Source: Octopus bimaculoides
Lineage: Eukaryota
NCBI RefSeq assembly: GCF_001194135.2
Contig: NC_068995.1
Span: 57,561,942 to 57,601,704 of the forward strand
Length of the DNA: 39,763 bases
Direction: 5' to 3'
Shown: one piece after another, positions 11,929 to 23,539 of the stretch
How the letters are laid out: each line of letters opens with the position of its first letter
How positions within the stretch are numbered: position 1 is the stretch's first letter
Notes under the pieces: generated by a model
Seen by the model: the letters and a program-made list of their open reading frames with translations, nothing else
Databases searched by the model: none
What the model was told of the DNA's origin: nothing
Program-made: the position numbers and the translations under genes

Positions 11929-12952
11929 CATGTATTTGTATGCGTGTGTATATGTATAAAATTCATAATTCAGGCCACTACTGTCTTAATTGTAGAGTGT
12001 ATACATTGATGGACATTCGTAACTTTACAATTGTGATTTGGTACAACACACGAAGACACCACTAAGAGGGAGAACTGAGTGTCGTCCCTCTGAAATAATG
12101 ATATAGCAATAGTTTTTTTTTTTTATATATACTATGATAAAGAAAGCTGCTTATTAATTAGTTATGGATATAATTAGTGATGAAAAAATGCTTAAACATT
12201 TTTATCAAAATGTGATTTTCAAACTTCTTTCATTATTACCGATTTCAACATCGAATTTCAAACAGGAAACAAATTCATTGGGAGACATAGTAACATGGCG
12301 TCTTTTAACGTCTTACACCATTCTCACTTTGTCATTTCTCTCTCTCTCATACAATTCATGACAATAATACAACTTATATAAATATTCATATTCTCTTTAT
12401 ACTTCTAGAAATATAAAGTTTAGAAATATTTAAATACTTAACTAAATATTTCTAACTCTACTCTCTACAGACATATCAGTAAAAATATTTCTCAGCCAAA
12501 ATATAATGATACAAAGCCAGTAATCTTAGTGGGAGAGAATATAGTAAATCACATCGATGCTAGTACTTGATTGGTAAAACTTAGGTACGATATCTTTTAT
12601 TAAGCATAACGAGTCCGGGAAATTTTTGATACTGCTTCGTAAATTGGTGACGACGTGAGTCCGGCACAGACAGGCATTCTTGCCTGTGATAATTTTGTGA
12701 AATCATTCGGGTACAGGTGTTACCACAGTATTGATATACCACATTTGGAAGTAGAATGGACGGTGAGAAGGTGGGATGGGTGAGTTTGGTATTCTTTGGA
12801 CAGATTTTGTGGCTTTCACTGTCAGAAGCGTGAGAAAATATCGACTAACACAAACGCCTACACGGCTTTTAGAGTGTGATGGGAAATGGCGAGGGGAAAC
12901 ATGAAAATATTTCTGAAGTTTCTTGAATTCACTTGTTTGCTCCTTTTTCCAA

Positions 12953-12988
<36 letters not shown>

Positions 12989-15291
12989 TTACTAATAAAA
13001 GGCATCAGTGTTTAGAGAAAACTTGGAAATACTTTCGACAGGGAAATGTTGACGATTACACACACAGAACAGATCCCCGCCCGCCACACATGCACACATT
13101 TACGAGTGTGCATCTGTGTGTTCGTTTATATGTTTGTGCATTGCCGGACGGTTTTGTGTGCAAGTGTTTATACAATCCGAGAGATAGCAACGCCGTTTGT
13201 GTTAAGAAAGAAAGAAAGAAATGGATGTTATTACATCAAACCAATTTATATAGCATTCGTTTAAATATATAATCGATTTTTGACAATTTGATTTCTTTAA
13301 ATTGATTCGTTTTATTATTGCACGAAATAAGAGAGATAACATTTTTCAAATTAGCGTGTTTCTTTTATTTCATTACTGACCAACCAACGCTTATTAACTT
13401 TGTTCAAGGTCTTTCAGTCCTAAACTAGCCCTATATCTATATAAAGAACACCCCCAAATTTTTCTTCTTCTCTGTATATATTGTCCGTTTTTCACCGGAT
13501 AGAATCTTCGAGAATTATATTCTTGCTTTCAAAATGTACGCTGAATGAAGCGATTCATTCATATTCGGCGCATGCGTCATGGATTCATGTGTTACTGAAA
13601 GTGCTTTTCCGTCTGTTTGTCTTTTCACTGTTTGTCTTGCCTATGAATTAACGCCACTGTTTGAGAATTTTATTATGCACGGTATGTAAATCGTCGTTAG
13701 TTGTAGCCTCTCCTTCCACGCCATTCCACACTGCATCACCCCTCGCCACACCGCACCGCACCAAGCCACATTGCACCGTGCTACACCACGCACGCAACTT
13801 GCTCTCAGATATCCCCCCCACTCTTCTTCCTTTCCCTCACCACCACCACAAAAGCCCTACCGCCGCCACCCCCACCACCACTACCACAAAAGCCCTACCG
13901 TCGCCACCACCAAAACCACCACCACCACCGCCGCCGTTTCCAATTGTTTGTGCTTGCATGAATCAGTTGGTTTGTGTGAATGTATGAATGTGTGAATCTG
14001 TTGTTACGACGTACATACTGAAGGGTGGGGGGGGTGACCGGTGCACGACAATTTAACGCATTGTTGTTGAGGCATTTCTCGGACACGTGCAACAGTGGCG
14101 NNNNNNNNNNNNNNNNNNNNNNNNNNNNNNNNNNNNNNNNNNNNNNNNNNNNNNNNNNNNNNNNNNNNNNNNNNNNNNNNNNNNNNNNNNNNNNNNNNNN
14201 NNNNNNNNNNNNNNNNNNNNNNNNNNNNNNNNNNNNNNNNNNNNNNNNNNNNNNNNNNNNNNNNNNNNNNNNNNNNNNNNNNNNNNNNNNNNNNNNNNNN
14301 NNNNNNNNNNNNNNNNNNNNNNNNNNNNNNNNNNNNNNNNNNNNNNNNNNNNNNNNNNNNNNNNNNNNNNNNNNNNNNNNNNNNNNNNNNNNNNNNNNNN
14401 NNNNNNNNNNNNNNNNNNNNNNNNNNNNNNNNNNNNNNNNNNNNNNNNNNNNNNNNNNNNNNNNNNNNNNNNNNNNNNNNNNNNNNNNNNNNNNNNNNNN
14501 NNNNNNNNNNNNNNNNNNNNNNNNNNNNNNNNNNNNNNNNNNNNNNNNNNNNNNNNNNNNNNNNNNNNNNNNNNNNNNNNNNNNNNNNNNNNNNNNNNNN
14601 NNNNNNNNNNNNNNNNNNNNNNNNNNNNNNNNNNNNNNNNNNNNNNNNNNNNNNNNNNNNNNNNNNNNNNNNNNNNNNNNNNNNNNNNNNNNNNNNNNNN
14701 NNNNNNNNNNNNNNNNNNNNNNNNNNNNCTCTCCCTTACCCCTCCCTCTCTGTAAATGTATAGCGCAAAATACTGGAATTAAATGAATCAAATAAGAATT
14801 GGGTTACTTAGTCCTTTCAGTGGTCAACAACAACGATTTTGGTCAAGATTTTAGAGAGAAACTGAATTAGCCTAAATGTTTCGACACCTTAGCAGCCATC
14901 TTAGATATAAAAACTAAATTACTCTAAATGGTTCGTCATTTTAGCATCCATCTTAGATGTTAATAAAAACCATACCAGAGCCGACTAGTTCAGACGGTGG
15001 TCGAGTTTATTCCAGACGATGCCAGTTTAGTCCGGTTCAGTCCAGTTACAGTTCATCTCAGTGCTAATCAGTTATTCATGTTTGTCAGTTCAAATTCGAC
15101 TTCTTGTTTATTATTTCCAGCGCCGAGAAAAGAATGATCCAGCAATATACACACAAACACTCAAGTCTTCATACATATATACATGCATACATACACACAT
15201 AATTACATTCATACGTATATATATAATTACATACATTCACACATACATAATTACATACGCACACACTCACACATACACATATCTGATGCTG

Positions 15292-15336
<45 letters not shown>

Positions 15337-15339
15337 ATC

Positions 15340-15376
<37 letters not shown>

Positions 15377-16337
15377 TTAACTAACCCCCTCTCTCACACC
15401 TGTATATATTATACATGTATGGAGATTGATATGATTAGGAAAAGGCATTTTAAAAAGTTATTAACTATTTATTCAAATTTCCTTTATTTACCAACATGGT
15501 CTCTAACATTTGTGAAGAAGTTTTTATACAATATTTTGTGTGTAAACGGTTTTTTAACCTTTCAAACACACACGTTCCGGGCTAATGCATGAAGAGGAAG
15601 TCTTTTTTTCTTTTGCGATGTGGTTAGTTTCGGATTTAGAACTTTTAATGTAGGAGTTTTTTTTCTAATAATTGTAACTGTATCAAGTAATTTTGACAAA
15701 CAGACGCATATATCTTATATATAAATGGCAATTTCTGGCTGTCTATCTCTTACCAACTTAGTGCATAAACCACCGAACCAATATTCACGAAACTTTGCAT
15801 ACATGTGACACTAACATCCAGTTCAATAATAGGCTAATTGGATTTCTGTAACAGTAAGTCTTCAATTCTATGTTTGCTGGTTTTTTATAACTATACATGC
15901 TGTACATAAAAGCAAGCATTAATATCGTGTCTGCGCATGCCTGCGTGCATGTACGTGTATGCATGTGAGCATGCGTGTGTCTGCACGTACGTGTGTGTAT
16001 GCGTGTACTAACGCGCGCGCGTGTATGTGTGTGCATGCATCAGTGCGAGTGTGTTTTCCTTTGATATTCATCCAAATACTTCGCAAAATTTATGGCCGAT
16101 CACTAACAAACCACAAGGCTCCTTTTGTTTGAGTCAATAAACCCTCCCCGGTATTCAGGTAAACAGTACGCGTGTAGTTTATGTGCAATTATATATGTAT
16201 TTGTGCATGTGTGTATGTGTGTGCATAGCTTACGCTCACGTTACGGATGCACATAACTTTTTAGTAAGCATGTGTGCACTGTTGCCTTTTATGCTGTATG
16301 AAACATGTGATTTGTGAATACGTAGGATATGTGCATA

Positions 16338-16540
16338 AAGTGGTGAGCTGGCAGATTCGTTAACGCGTCGGACGAAATGTTTAGCGGCATTTCTTTTAGT
16401 TCTTTACGTTCTGAGTTCAAATCCCACGAATGTCAACTTGCCTTTCATCTTCTTGGCAGTCGATAAAAGGAAGGATCAGTCAAGTACTGGGGTCGATATA
16501 GTAATCGAATAATCCTATTCCTTCCAAAAATTTCTGGCTT
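16338..16540 (+). mobile_element. SINE group A, near full length
   Basis: AAGTGGTGAGCTGGCAGATTCGTT...CTTTACGTTCTGAGTTCAAATCCC...GCCTTTCATC...GTACTGGGGTCGAT...CCAAAAATTTCTGGC. Confidence 0.85.
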
Positions 16541-16699
16541 TCAACCCAGCATTGGACTGGCGCCCCGTTCAGGTGTCACTTTTGCGCCATGGAATCTGAA
16601 TAACCTGTGTTATGAGGGCTCATGAGAAAAGAACATGCGAGTCATGAACACGTGACTTATGTATATGCTCCAGATGTTCCTAGCAGGAAGCTGCAATGA

Positions 16700-17065
16700 A
16701 GAATCGTTGGAATGTTTTACAAATCTTCCCGGTCTCACCAATCAATAAGATTTAAAGGATGCCAGTCATTTGACTTTGTTCTTTGTTTGGGGAAACCCCT
16801 GCACTTCCAAGTCTTATGTAAAGCTGTTGCTTCACAGCCCAGTGCACCCATGTTAATAATAGATATAAATGAAAATCTATAACCCAGATACAAGAGCTGT
16901 AAGTTCCGCATTAATTCACCGTAAATGTGATCTTTACGCAAATTCTGACGCCGCATCCACATCCGCTGGGCTGCTGACCTCCACAGCAGTGCATTGCTTT
17001 TGTTCCTTGTCCCATAGAACAATATCTGGCTTGTTCGTTGCATCGGATTGCTGCTTTCATTGGGG
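16700..17065 (-). pseudogene. C-terminal restriction-like endonuclease (REL) domain remnant of an R4/Dong/NeSL-type non-LTR retrotransposon
   Basis: Minus translation across frameshifts: NKPDIVLWDKEQKQCTAVEVSSPADV...KDHIYGELMRNLQLLYLGYRFSFISIINMGALG...GKICKTF. This matches the PD-(D/E)xK-type pattern (KPDIV...E...P.D...K..Y..L) at the C-terminus of RLE-encoding LINEs. Confidence 0.75.
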
Positions 17066-17144
17066 TGCGTGTGCGCATCGATGTATGTGTGTATCAATAT
17101 ATACAAGTATGTTTATGTGTGTGTATATATATTTGCAATTATGC

Positions 17145-17176
<32 letters not shown>

Positions 17177-17849
17177 NNNNNNNNNNNNNNNNNNNNNNNN
17201 NNNNNNNNNNNNNNNNNNNNNNNNNNNNNNNNNNNNNNNNNNNNNNNNNNNNNNNNNNNNNNNNNNNNNNNNNNNNNNNNNNNNNNNNNNNNNNNNNNNN
17301 NNNNNNNNNNNNNNNNNNNNNNNNNNNNNNNNNNNNNNNNNNNNNNNNNNNNNNNNNNNNNNNNNNNNNNNNNNNNNNNNNNNNNNNNNNNNNNNNNNNN
17401 NATATATATATATATAAAGCAACAAGGATATCCAGAGGTAATGCAGTTCTATCGGTTCACGCAACTCCATTTAATTGAAGAATGCAGCCATTACATCAAT
17501 TTAGATGCAGAGCAATCCTCAGTTGCACAAAGACAGAATTTAATTAAATTAAAACAGATGGACGCATTAGCATAATTTTACTTAAAATCTCCAAGAAGTT
17601 AAGGAAATAGACAAAGAACATGCTGCCTTCACTTCAGTTTAGAAGCTACTAAGGTATCAGGTAGAAAGACTTGATATTTTATTTAGGATTTATTTAAATA
17701 TTTTCATGAGAAATCTACAGATTTCTCAAAGACTTGACAGTGATGGTTTTTCTTTTTATTTTATGTTAATAACTTCTAAATAACTGATTTTTCGAACTGT
17801 GCCCACTTTCATTCGCCAGTCCCAGATTGTTATACCTGGTCTCTGATTT

Positions 17850-18740
17850 CAACATTTTAAGAATGTCTTCACAGGAAGAATCAATCAGTATCGATTTTAT
17901 ATTCATCCGGTATCCATTCATATCGTAAGCGAGAATGCTCTCTCCATGACTGGTTTCTTATATCTTTTATCTTTAGGATAATTCTTTCTGCGGATTAGGA
18001 ATTACATTGACTACGACATCATACTCACAGAGAGATAATATTTCGATGAGATTTTGGACAGCTACTTATGATAGAAGTTACATCTTCAATGTTAATTCAA
18101 CTGTGCGACACTTCGGTTGTGGCACCTAGATGTTTCACCGGCACCCTGTCCCTTTTGTGCATCATGTATTTTGTCGCTATTTCCTATTCCTAGATAACAT
18201 AAGTATCCCATTCAAAAGTGACAGCTAAAATACGGGGGTACTTCTCCAAGATCGACTGCTTTGGTTATCAATATTCCTGTTACTTTGAAGTTTTCTAACA
18301 ACATAGCCAAGCGTGACTTTCTACTGATAAGCAGAAAGTTTTTCATATGATGACCTGCTGCGGTAACAGACCTTTGCAATTTCCCTGGTTCTGTATTTCT
18401 GGTCATCAATCAATGAATACTTTTAGAGATCCTTTTGAATTCCCATGCTTCTACATGTCGCATGTGTGCAGGCTTCGACGCTTGGTAGCTACTGTATGTT
18501 GTCGAAGGAATACGTGACATTTAAAGACTGTTTAAATCGCTCTTAGGTCTCTGCCTCTTTTGCTTTTGTATCAAGCATAGGCAGCCTGTGTCACTGCTGT
18601 TGTGGACATTTATGGCATTACTTAACAATTTTCAAATATTAACATCAACGGTTCGGACTATTCGAGTCACCCAAAACATCGGGTCTCCACCTTTTGATGC
18701 GAAGATCAAAGCGCTTCTTCATGCTGTTTATATTTTTGCT
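17850..18740 (-). pseudogene. Possible highly decayed CR1/L2-like LINE RT region
   Basis: Motif-like remnants occur in the expected order on minus: EPLMLIFENC (18625-18654), MLLENFKVT...AVDL, YFS..F (DFSKAFD-like), and GGTGCCACAACCGAAGTGTC (GVPQGSV-like, 18107-18126). Many stops. Confidence 0.35.
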
Positions 18741-18974
18741 TATTCTTGCAGAATGTCCACAAAGATGTTAATTATATATCACGCAGATTTTCTCAACATC
18801 GTTTTGCTAGAAACAGCTAACAAAATCTACCTCAAATCTCACGCTACTGTCTTAGAAAAATAAATAAATAAAAAGGTTCCAGGCAAATTCTGGAGTCGAT
18901 ATAATCGATAATTTATATTTTCCTGTCTAGCCTTACACCTAATTTAGAAAATTTTAAAGGCACTGGATGGTTAA

Positions 18975-19136
18975 CCGTCTCTTTATGTTCTAAGTTCAAA
19001 TTCCGCTGAGGTTAGCTTCGTTTTTATTCTTCTAAGCTCGATGAAAACAAAGTACCAGTCAAGTACTGGGGGTCGATAAAATCCACAATTTCCTGTCCCT
19101 AAATTTCAGGCTTTGTGTCTTGATTTGAAACAATTA
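18975..19136 (+). mobile_element. SINE group A, 5-prime truncated
   Basis: CTTTATGTTCTAAGTTCAAATTCCGCTGAGGT...AAGTACCAGTCAAGTACTGGGGGTCGAT...AAATTTCAGGCTTTGTG. Confidence 0.75.
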
Positions 19137-19139
19137 ACA

Positions 19140-19543
19140 GTCATCGATGTTGTCAAAGTTATTGTCATCATCTTCATTATGGTATTCGTAATTGATTACC
19201 GTCACCCTCATTATTCTCATCTCTTTCTGCTCATCACCTCCCACCACCACCACCAACATCATTTTTAACGGCAGTAACAACAATAGCAGCAGCAATATTA
19301 ATAGGTGCAACGATGGCAACGATGTTATTGATGATGATGGTGAGGAGGAGGAGGAGGAGGAGAAGGAAAATGCAAATGGGGAGCAAAGAAGAGAAGGGGA
19401 GGGCGAATAGGATGAGTATGTTGAAGATGGCTGCAATTATTATTATTATTATCACGATGGCTGATGACAACAATGGTGATGGTGACGTCGTAAGTCATCA
19501 TAATGATGATGATGATGATGCCGTTGATGATGATGATGATGAC

Positions 19544-19576
<33 letters not shown>

Positions 19577-19807
19577 GGTGGTGGTGGTAGCAATGATGAT
19601 TAAGACGATGAGGATGGTGATAGTGAAATTGACGGTACATATGATTAAGATTATCATGATGGCTGTCATTGTGATGACGATGTAGGTGATAACGGTGGTG
19701 GTGGTGATGATGATGATGACGACGACGGAGTCAACGATGACGACGATGTTGATGACGAAGATGATGATGCTTACTGTGGTTACGATTATGATTATCACGA
19801 ACGATTC

Positions 19808-19849
<42 letters not shown>

Positions 19850-19930
19850 GGATAATAATAATAAAAAGAAGAAAAAGATAGAGGAGGATCACGGTGACAA
19901 TGGCGGTGACAGCATCGATGACGATGCTTT
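19140..19930. repeat. Compound degenerate triplet tract (ATC/GAT/GGT/GAC/GAG/AAT)
   Basis: Direct reading; overlapping homopolymer-rich ORFs on both strands with no coherent protein. Confidence 0.9.
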
Positions 19931-20210
19931 GTAGAGCAACAGAGATGCATTCCCAGTTGGCGCGAAACGTATGAGGAGATAATGTTGGACGGGATTAATA
20001 AGCGTGAAGGCAGCTGTAGAACAAGTGTTGAACAGATGCGGCTCAGTCGTGCATGAAAGGTAGCAATTGTGTTTAATTGCTTTGTACAGAGTCATCAATA
20101 CGTCAGCCATGTTGGCTCCTTCCTCGGTCGGCTCTCGTTCATTTCAACATTAGATTGTTAGTCATGATAGTTGTTGAAACAACGAATCTGATTGGCTAGC
20201 ACTAGATTGC

Positions 20211-20261
<51 letters not shown>

Positions 20262-20785
20262 GGAAAATAATAGTTTAACTATTAATTTCTAGTGCACCGT
20301 ATCANNNNNNNNNNNNNNNNNNNNNNNNNNNNNNNNNNNNNNNNNNNNNNNNNNNNNNNNNNNNNNNNNNNNNNNNNNNNNNNNNNNNNNNNNNNNNNNN
20401 NNNNNNNNNNNNNNNNNNNNNNNNNNNNNNNNNNNNNNNNNNNNNNNNNNNNNNNNNNNNNNNNNNNNNNNNNNNNNNNNNNNNNNNNNNNNNNNNNNNN
20501 NNNNNNNNNNNNNNNNNNNNNNNNNNNNNNNNNNNNNNNNNNNNNNNNNNNNNNNNNNNNNNNNNNNNNNNNNNNNNNNNNNNNNNNNNNNNNNNNNNNN
20601 NNNNNNNNNNNNNNNNNNNNNNNNNNNNNNNNNNNNNNNNNNNNNNNNNNNNNNNNNNNNNNNNNNNNNNNNNNNNNNNNNNNNNNNNNNNNNNNNNNNN
20701 NNNNNNNNNNNNNNNNNNNNNNNNNNNNNNNNNNNNNCATCCATCATTACCATCATCACCCTCACCATCACAACCACTATAACCT

Positions 20786-20831
20786 ACCATCATGAGTGCA
20801 GCCCCGTAACCACTCGGCCATGCGCCTCCAC
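20786..20831 (-). mobile_element. tRNA-like SINE 5-prime head fragment
   Basis: Minus GTGGAGGCGCATGGCCGAGTGGTTACGGGGCTGCACTCATGAT contains a canonical Pol III A-box TGGCCGAGTGG; the expected B-box position is occupied by CAC/CAT triplet sequence and then the gap. Confidence 0.5.
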
Positions 20832-21070
20832 ACGCACACACACACACACTCAAAACACACATATGTTAAAGAAGAGCAATATAAATGGACATTTCCCGGC
20901 ATCACTACATGTGTTTGAAAAGCATGTTTATTTCGAATACGCGTGCAATTTTGCAACTTCATCGGTAACATTATGTAATACCGTATTATCACAAACCGCC
21001 ATTTCTTCAGATGATATTCCGCCGAATATTTTCCAGGTCATACTTGGACAAATATTTTGGTGACGTAATA

Positions 21071-21872
21071 TACGCGGGGGTACCTAAAAGAAACCGGAAT
21101 ACTATTTCACTCAGTTTTACATGTTTACACCTTCAAAGTATTCTCCATTTGAAGCAATGCATCAGTCCAGGCACGTTTTCCACGATTCGAAACAGCGTTG
21201 GAACTCTTGCAAAGCGATGCCGTTTAACACCTCCATCGTTTTTTTCCCCACCTCTTCCAAATCTGCAAATTCCTTAACGCCAGCTTTCGTCACCAGTGAT
21301 GTCCTTCGAAAAAAAGTTCCTGATCAACTTCCAACTGTTCTTTCAGCTCACGACATGCATTCAGTTGTGAATGTTTTTGATCTTCCGTGAGCAAGCGAGG
21401 CACAAATTCTGCTGCAACACTTTTCGTTCGCAATTTCACAAGCAAAATTCGTTGGCAGGAGCTCCAGAACACACCAGTCACATCAATAAGTTTGTTAAGT
21501 GTTCGGTGACGGTTCTCCAAGATCAGTTCATGAATTTTCATTATGTTTTCATTCGTTTTGGGACGTCGACGGTCGTCAGGTTACAGTCTTCGGATGACTT
21601 TTTAGAATGCAGTTTTCTGATAAAGTTTTTAATTTACAGTTTTTTTTACGGCGTTAAACGTATATATGAGGTCGTGAAGAGGGATATTCATTATATAGTG
21701 AATGCCGAATTAGTAGCAATTGGTACGACTTTCATTGCACGTTGTTCGTGATCAGCGAAGGGGAATGATTGATACGAACAGTGATTGACTTTGTACTCAA
21801 GAAAAAGTCACGCTTGTCATGTTCCCATTGGAGGATTCTTGGATGACTGTTCAGGGAGGCAGATTCCGCGTA
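21071..21872 (-). mobile_element. Mariner (Tc1/mariner) DNA transposon, internally deleted and non-autonomous
   Basis: Minus peptides: EQRA (start), RPSTS, KIHELILENR.RT...SCQRIL..KL..KSVAAEFVPRLLTEDQK...ACRELKEQLE, ITGDESW, then directly EFADLEEV...F.RCFESWK.CLD*CIASNGEYFEG. There is a TA followed by the TIR CGCGGGGGTACCTAAAAGAAACCGGAAT at 21071-21100 and a remnant TIR ATTCCGCGTA at 21863-21872. Confidence 0.9.
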
Positions 21873-21894
21873 AGACGTGGATGTATGCACGTGT

Positions 21895-21978
21895 GTGTGT
21901 GTGTGCATGCGGGTTGGTGGGCTGACGTGCTGGCGTGAGTGTGTGTGTGTGCATGCGGGTTGGTGGGCTGACGTGCTG

Positions 21979-21986
<8 letters not shown>
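21895..21986. repeat. Tandem duplication with 46-bp period inside (TG)n
   Basis: GCATGCGGGTTGGTGGGCTGACGTGCTGGCGTG occurs identically at 21905 and 21951. Confidence 0.9.
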
Positions 21987-22022
<36 letters not shown>

Positions 22023-22168
22023 ACGCAGGTGTGCACGTGTGTGTATTTTGCTCTCCTTAACAGTTTTATATTCTGTATTATTTTATATATATTTTTTCTA
22101 AACAGGAAGTATTCTTTTCAGAGAAGTCGGCAACATCCGTTGTATTACAACTTGCTGANNNNNNNNNN

Positions 22169-22232
<64 letters not shown>

Positions 22233-23539
22233 TATATATATACACATATATATATATATAAATGCATGTATGTATATGTCGTTGTTAAATACAATATTTT
22301 TGCCCAATAATTACAATAAAACAAAAGCTAACTACTTTCCGTTTTTAAGGGTTTACAATGAAAGCCAACTGCAGTTTATTCGCTTTTTGGGGGGGTGGGG
22401 GGTTGTAAGGTCTTACACAATGAAATTAATGTTATGTTTATAGTGGAATTAAAGCATTTCCCCTTTTGTTTTTAACTGTTTACTGGAAAATCCGAAAGTA
22501 GAAAACAAAGCAAATAGGAAATACTAGAAAATTAACATTTGTTTATAATGTTTTAAAATTTTCGCTTGGTGCCATCGTACATGGTATACAATAGGTTTTC
22601 CTTTCAACACCTTTGCAAACCGTAATACACAAGCAACACAAGTGAAATTGTAAAACTTGCAAACGAAATTCTAATTTTTTTTTCTTTTGTCTGACAAATT
22701 TCAATGTTTTCTTTCGATTAGTTATATTTATTTTTGTTTTAAAAATGAATTTTGATGTTTGACTATTTTTGTATATTTTCTATAGTTTTACTTAGTATAT
22801 TCTTTGAACTTTTCTTTTTCTGTTCATAAAATGGGTTGTAAACAGTAAACGAAAAATTATTCAACATCATTATTTCTATTTTAAACATTAAAATGGTGTT
22901 ATATAATTTCAATTTTCTTTGTATAAATCTTAGAAAAATTAACATTAATGACGATGTTATTATTGTTATTTAGGCCCAAGACATTCCTGATCGCATATAC
23001 GTAGTCTAACAATTAAAGACACCCTAGCTAAGAGTGGTTTTATAGGAGTAAATGTATAATTTGTTTTGCATGTTAATACAATGTTTGGACAGTAGACTGG
23101 AATAAAGAATGAAACCATAAATACATAACTTACATTATAAGCGTACCGTATTTCAATTTTAACTTCTTTCAAATCATCTGTTGTTTATATTTTGGTGTAG
23201 AGAAAATTGTCATAGAGGGTGTAAAACTCGTATTTTTGGCTGCATTATTTTCTGTTATCTCGATCAGCCACCAATGTGGTGTATTACCGCTGTTGAATCA
23301 TTGCAAAGAGCTGACAAATGGATGAGTATTTAATATTCCTTTCTTCTTTCTAGCAGAATTTTCATTTAGATAAATAAAAGATGTTTCTTAAACGTAAGAA
23401 ACACTCATTAAATAATATAAGACATAAATCAAATACGGATTTTATATGCAGAAGAAAGAGGTACAATGAGATGATATGATTTCTCTGACGCACTGTAAAC
23501 ATCTTTTCTTAAGCTTGGGCTAAGAGACTGCGCCATTTT

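Noticed and set aside
13895-14791. Long ORFs of 222-298 aa
   Set aside because: They consist mostly of N-gap residues; the same applies to the ORFs spanning the other gaps.
19933-20056. Frame reading IPSWRETYEEIML, faintly like Elongin A or F-box SWRE.Y motifs
   Set aside because: The match is a few residues only, the frame ends in a stop, and there is no convincing splice context.
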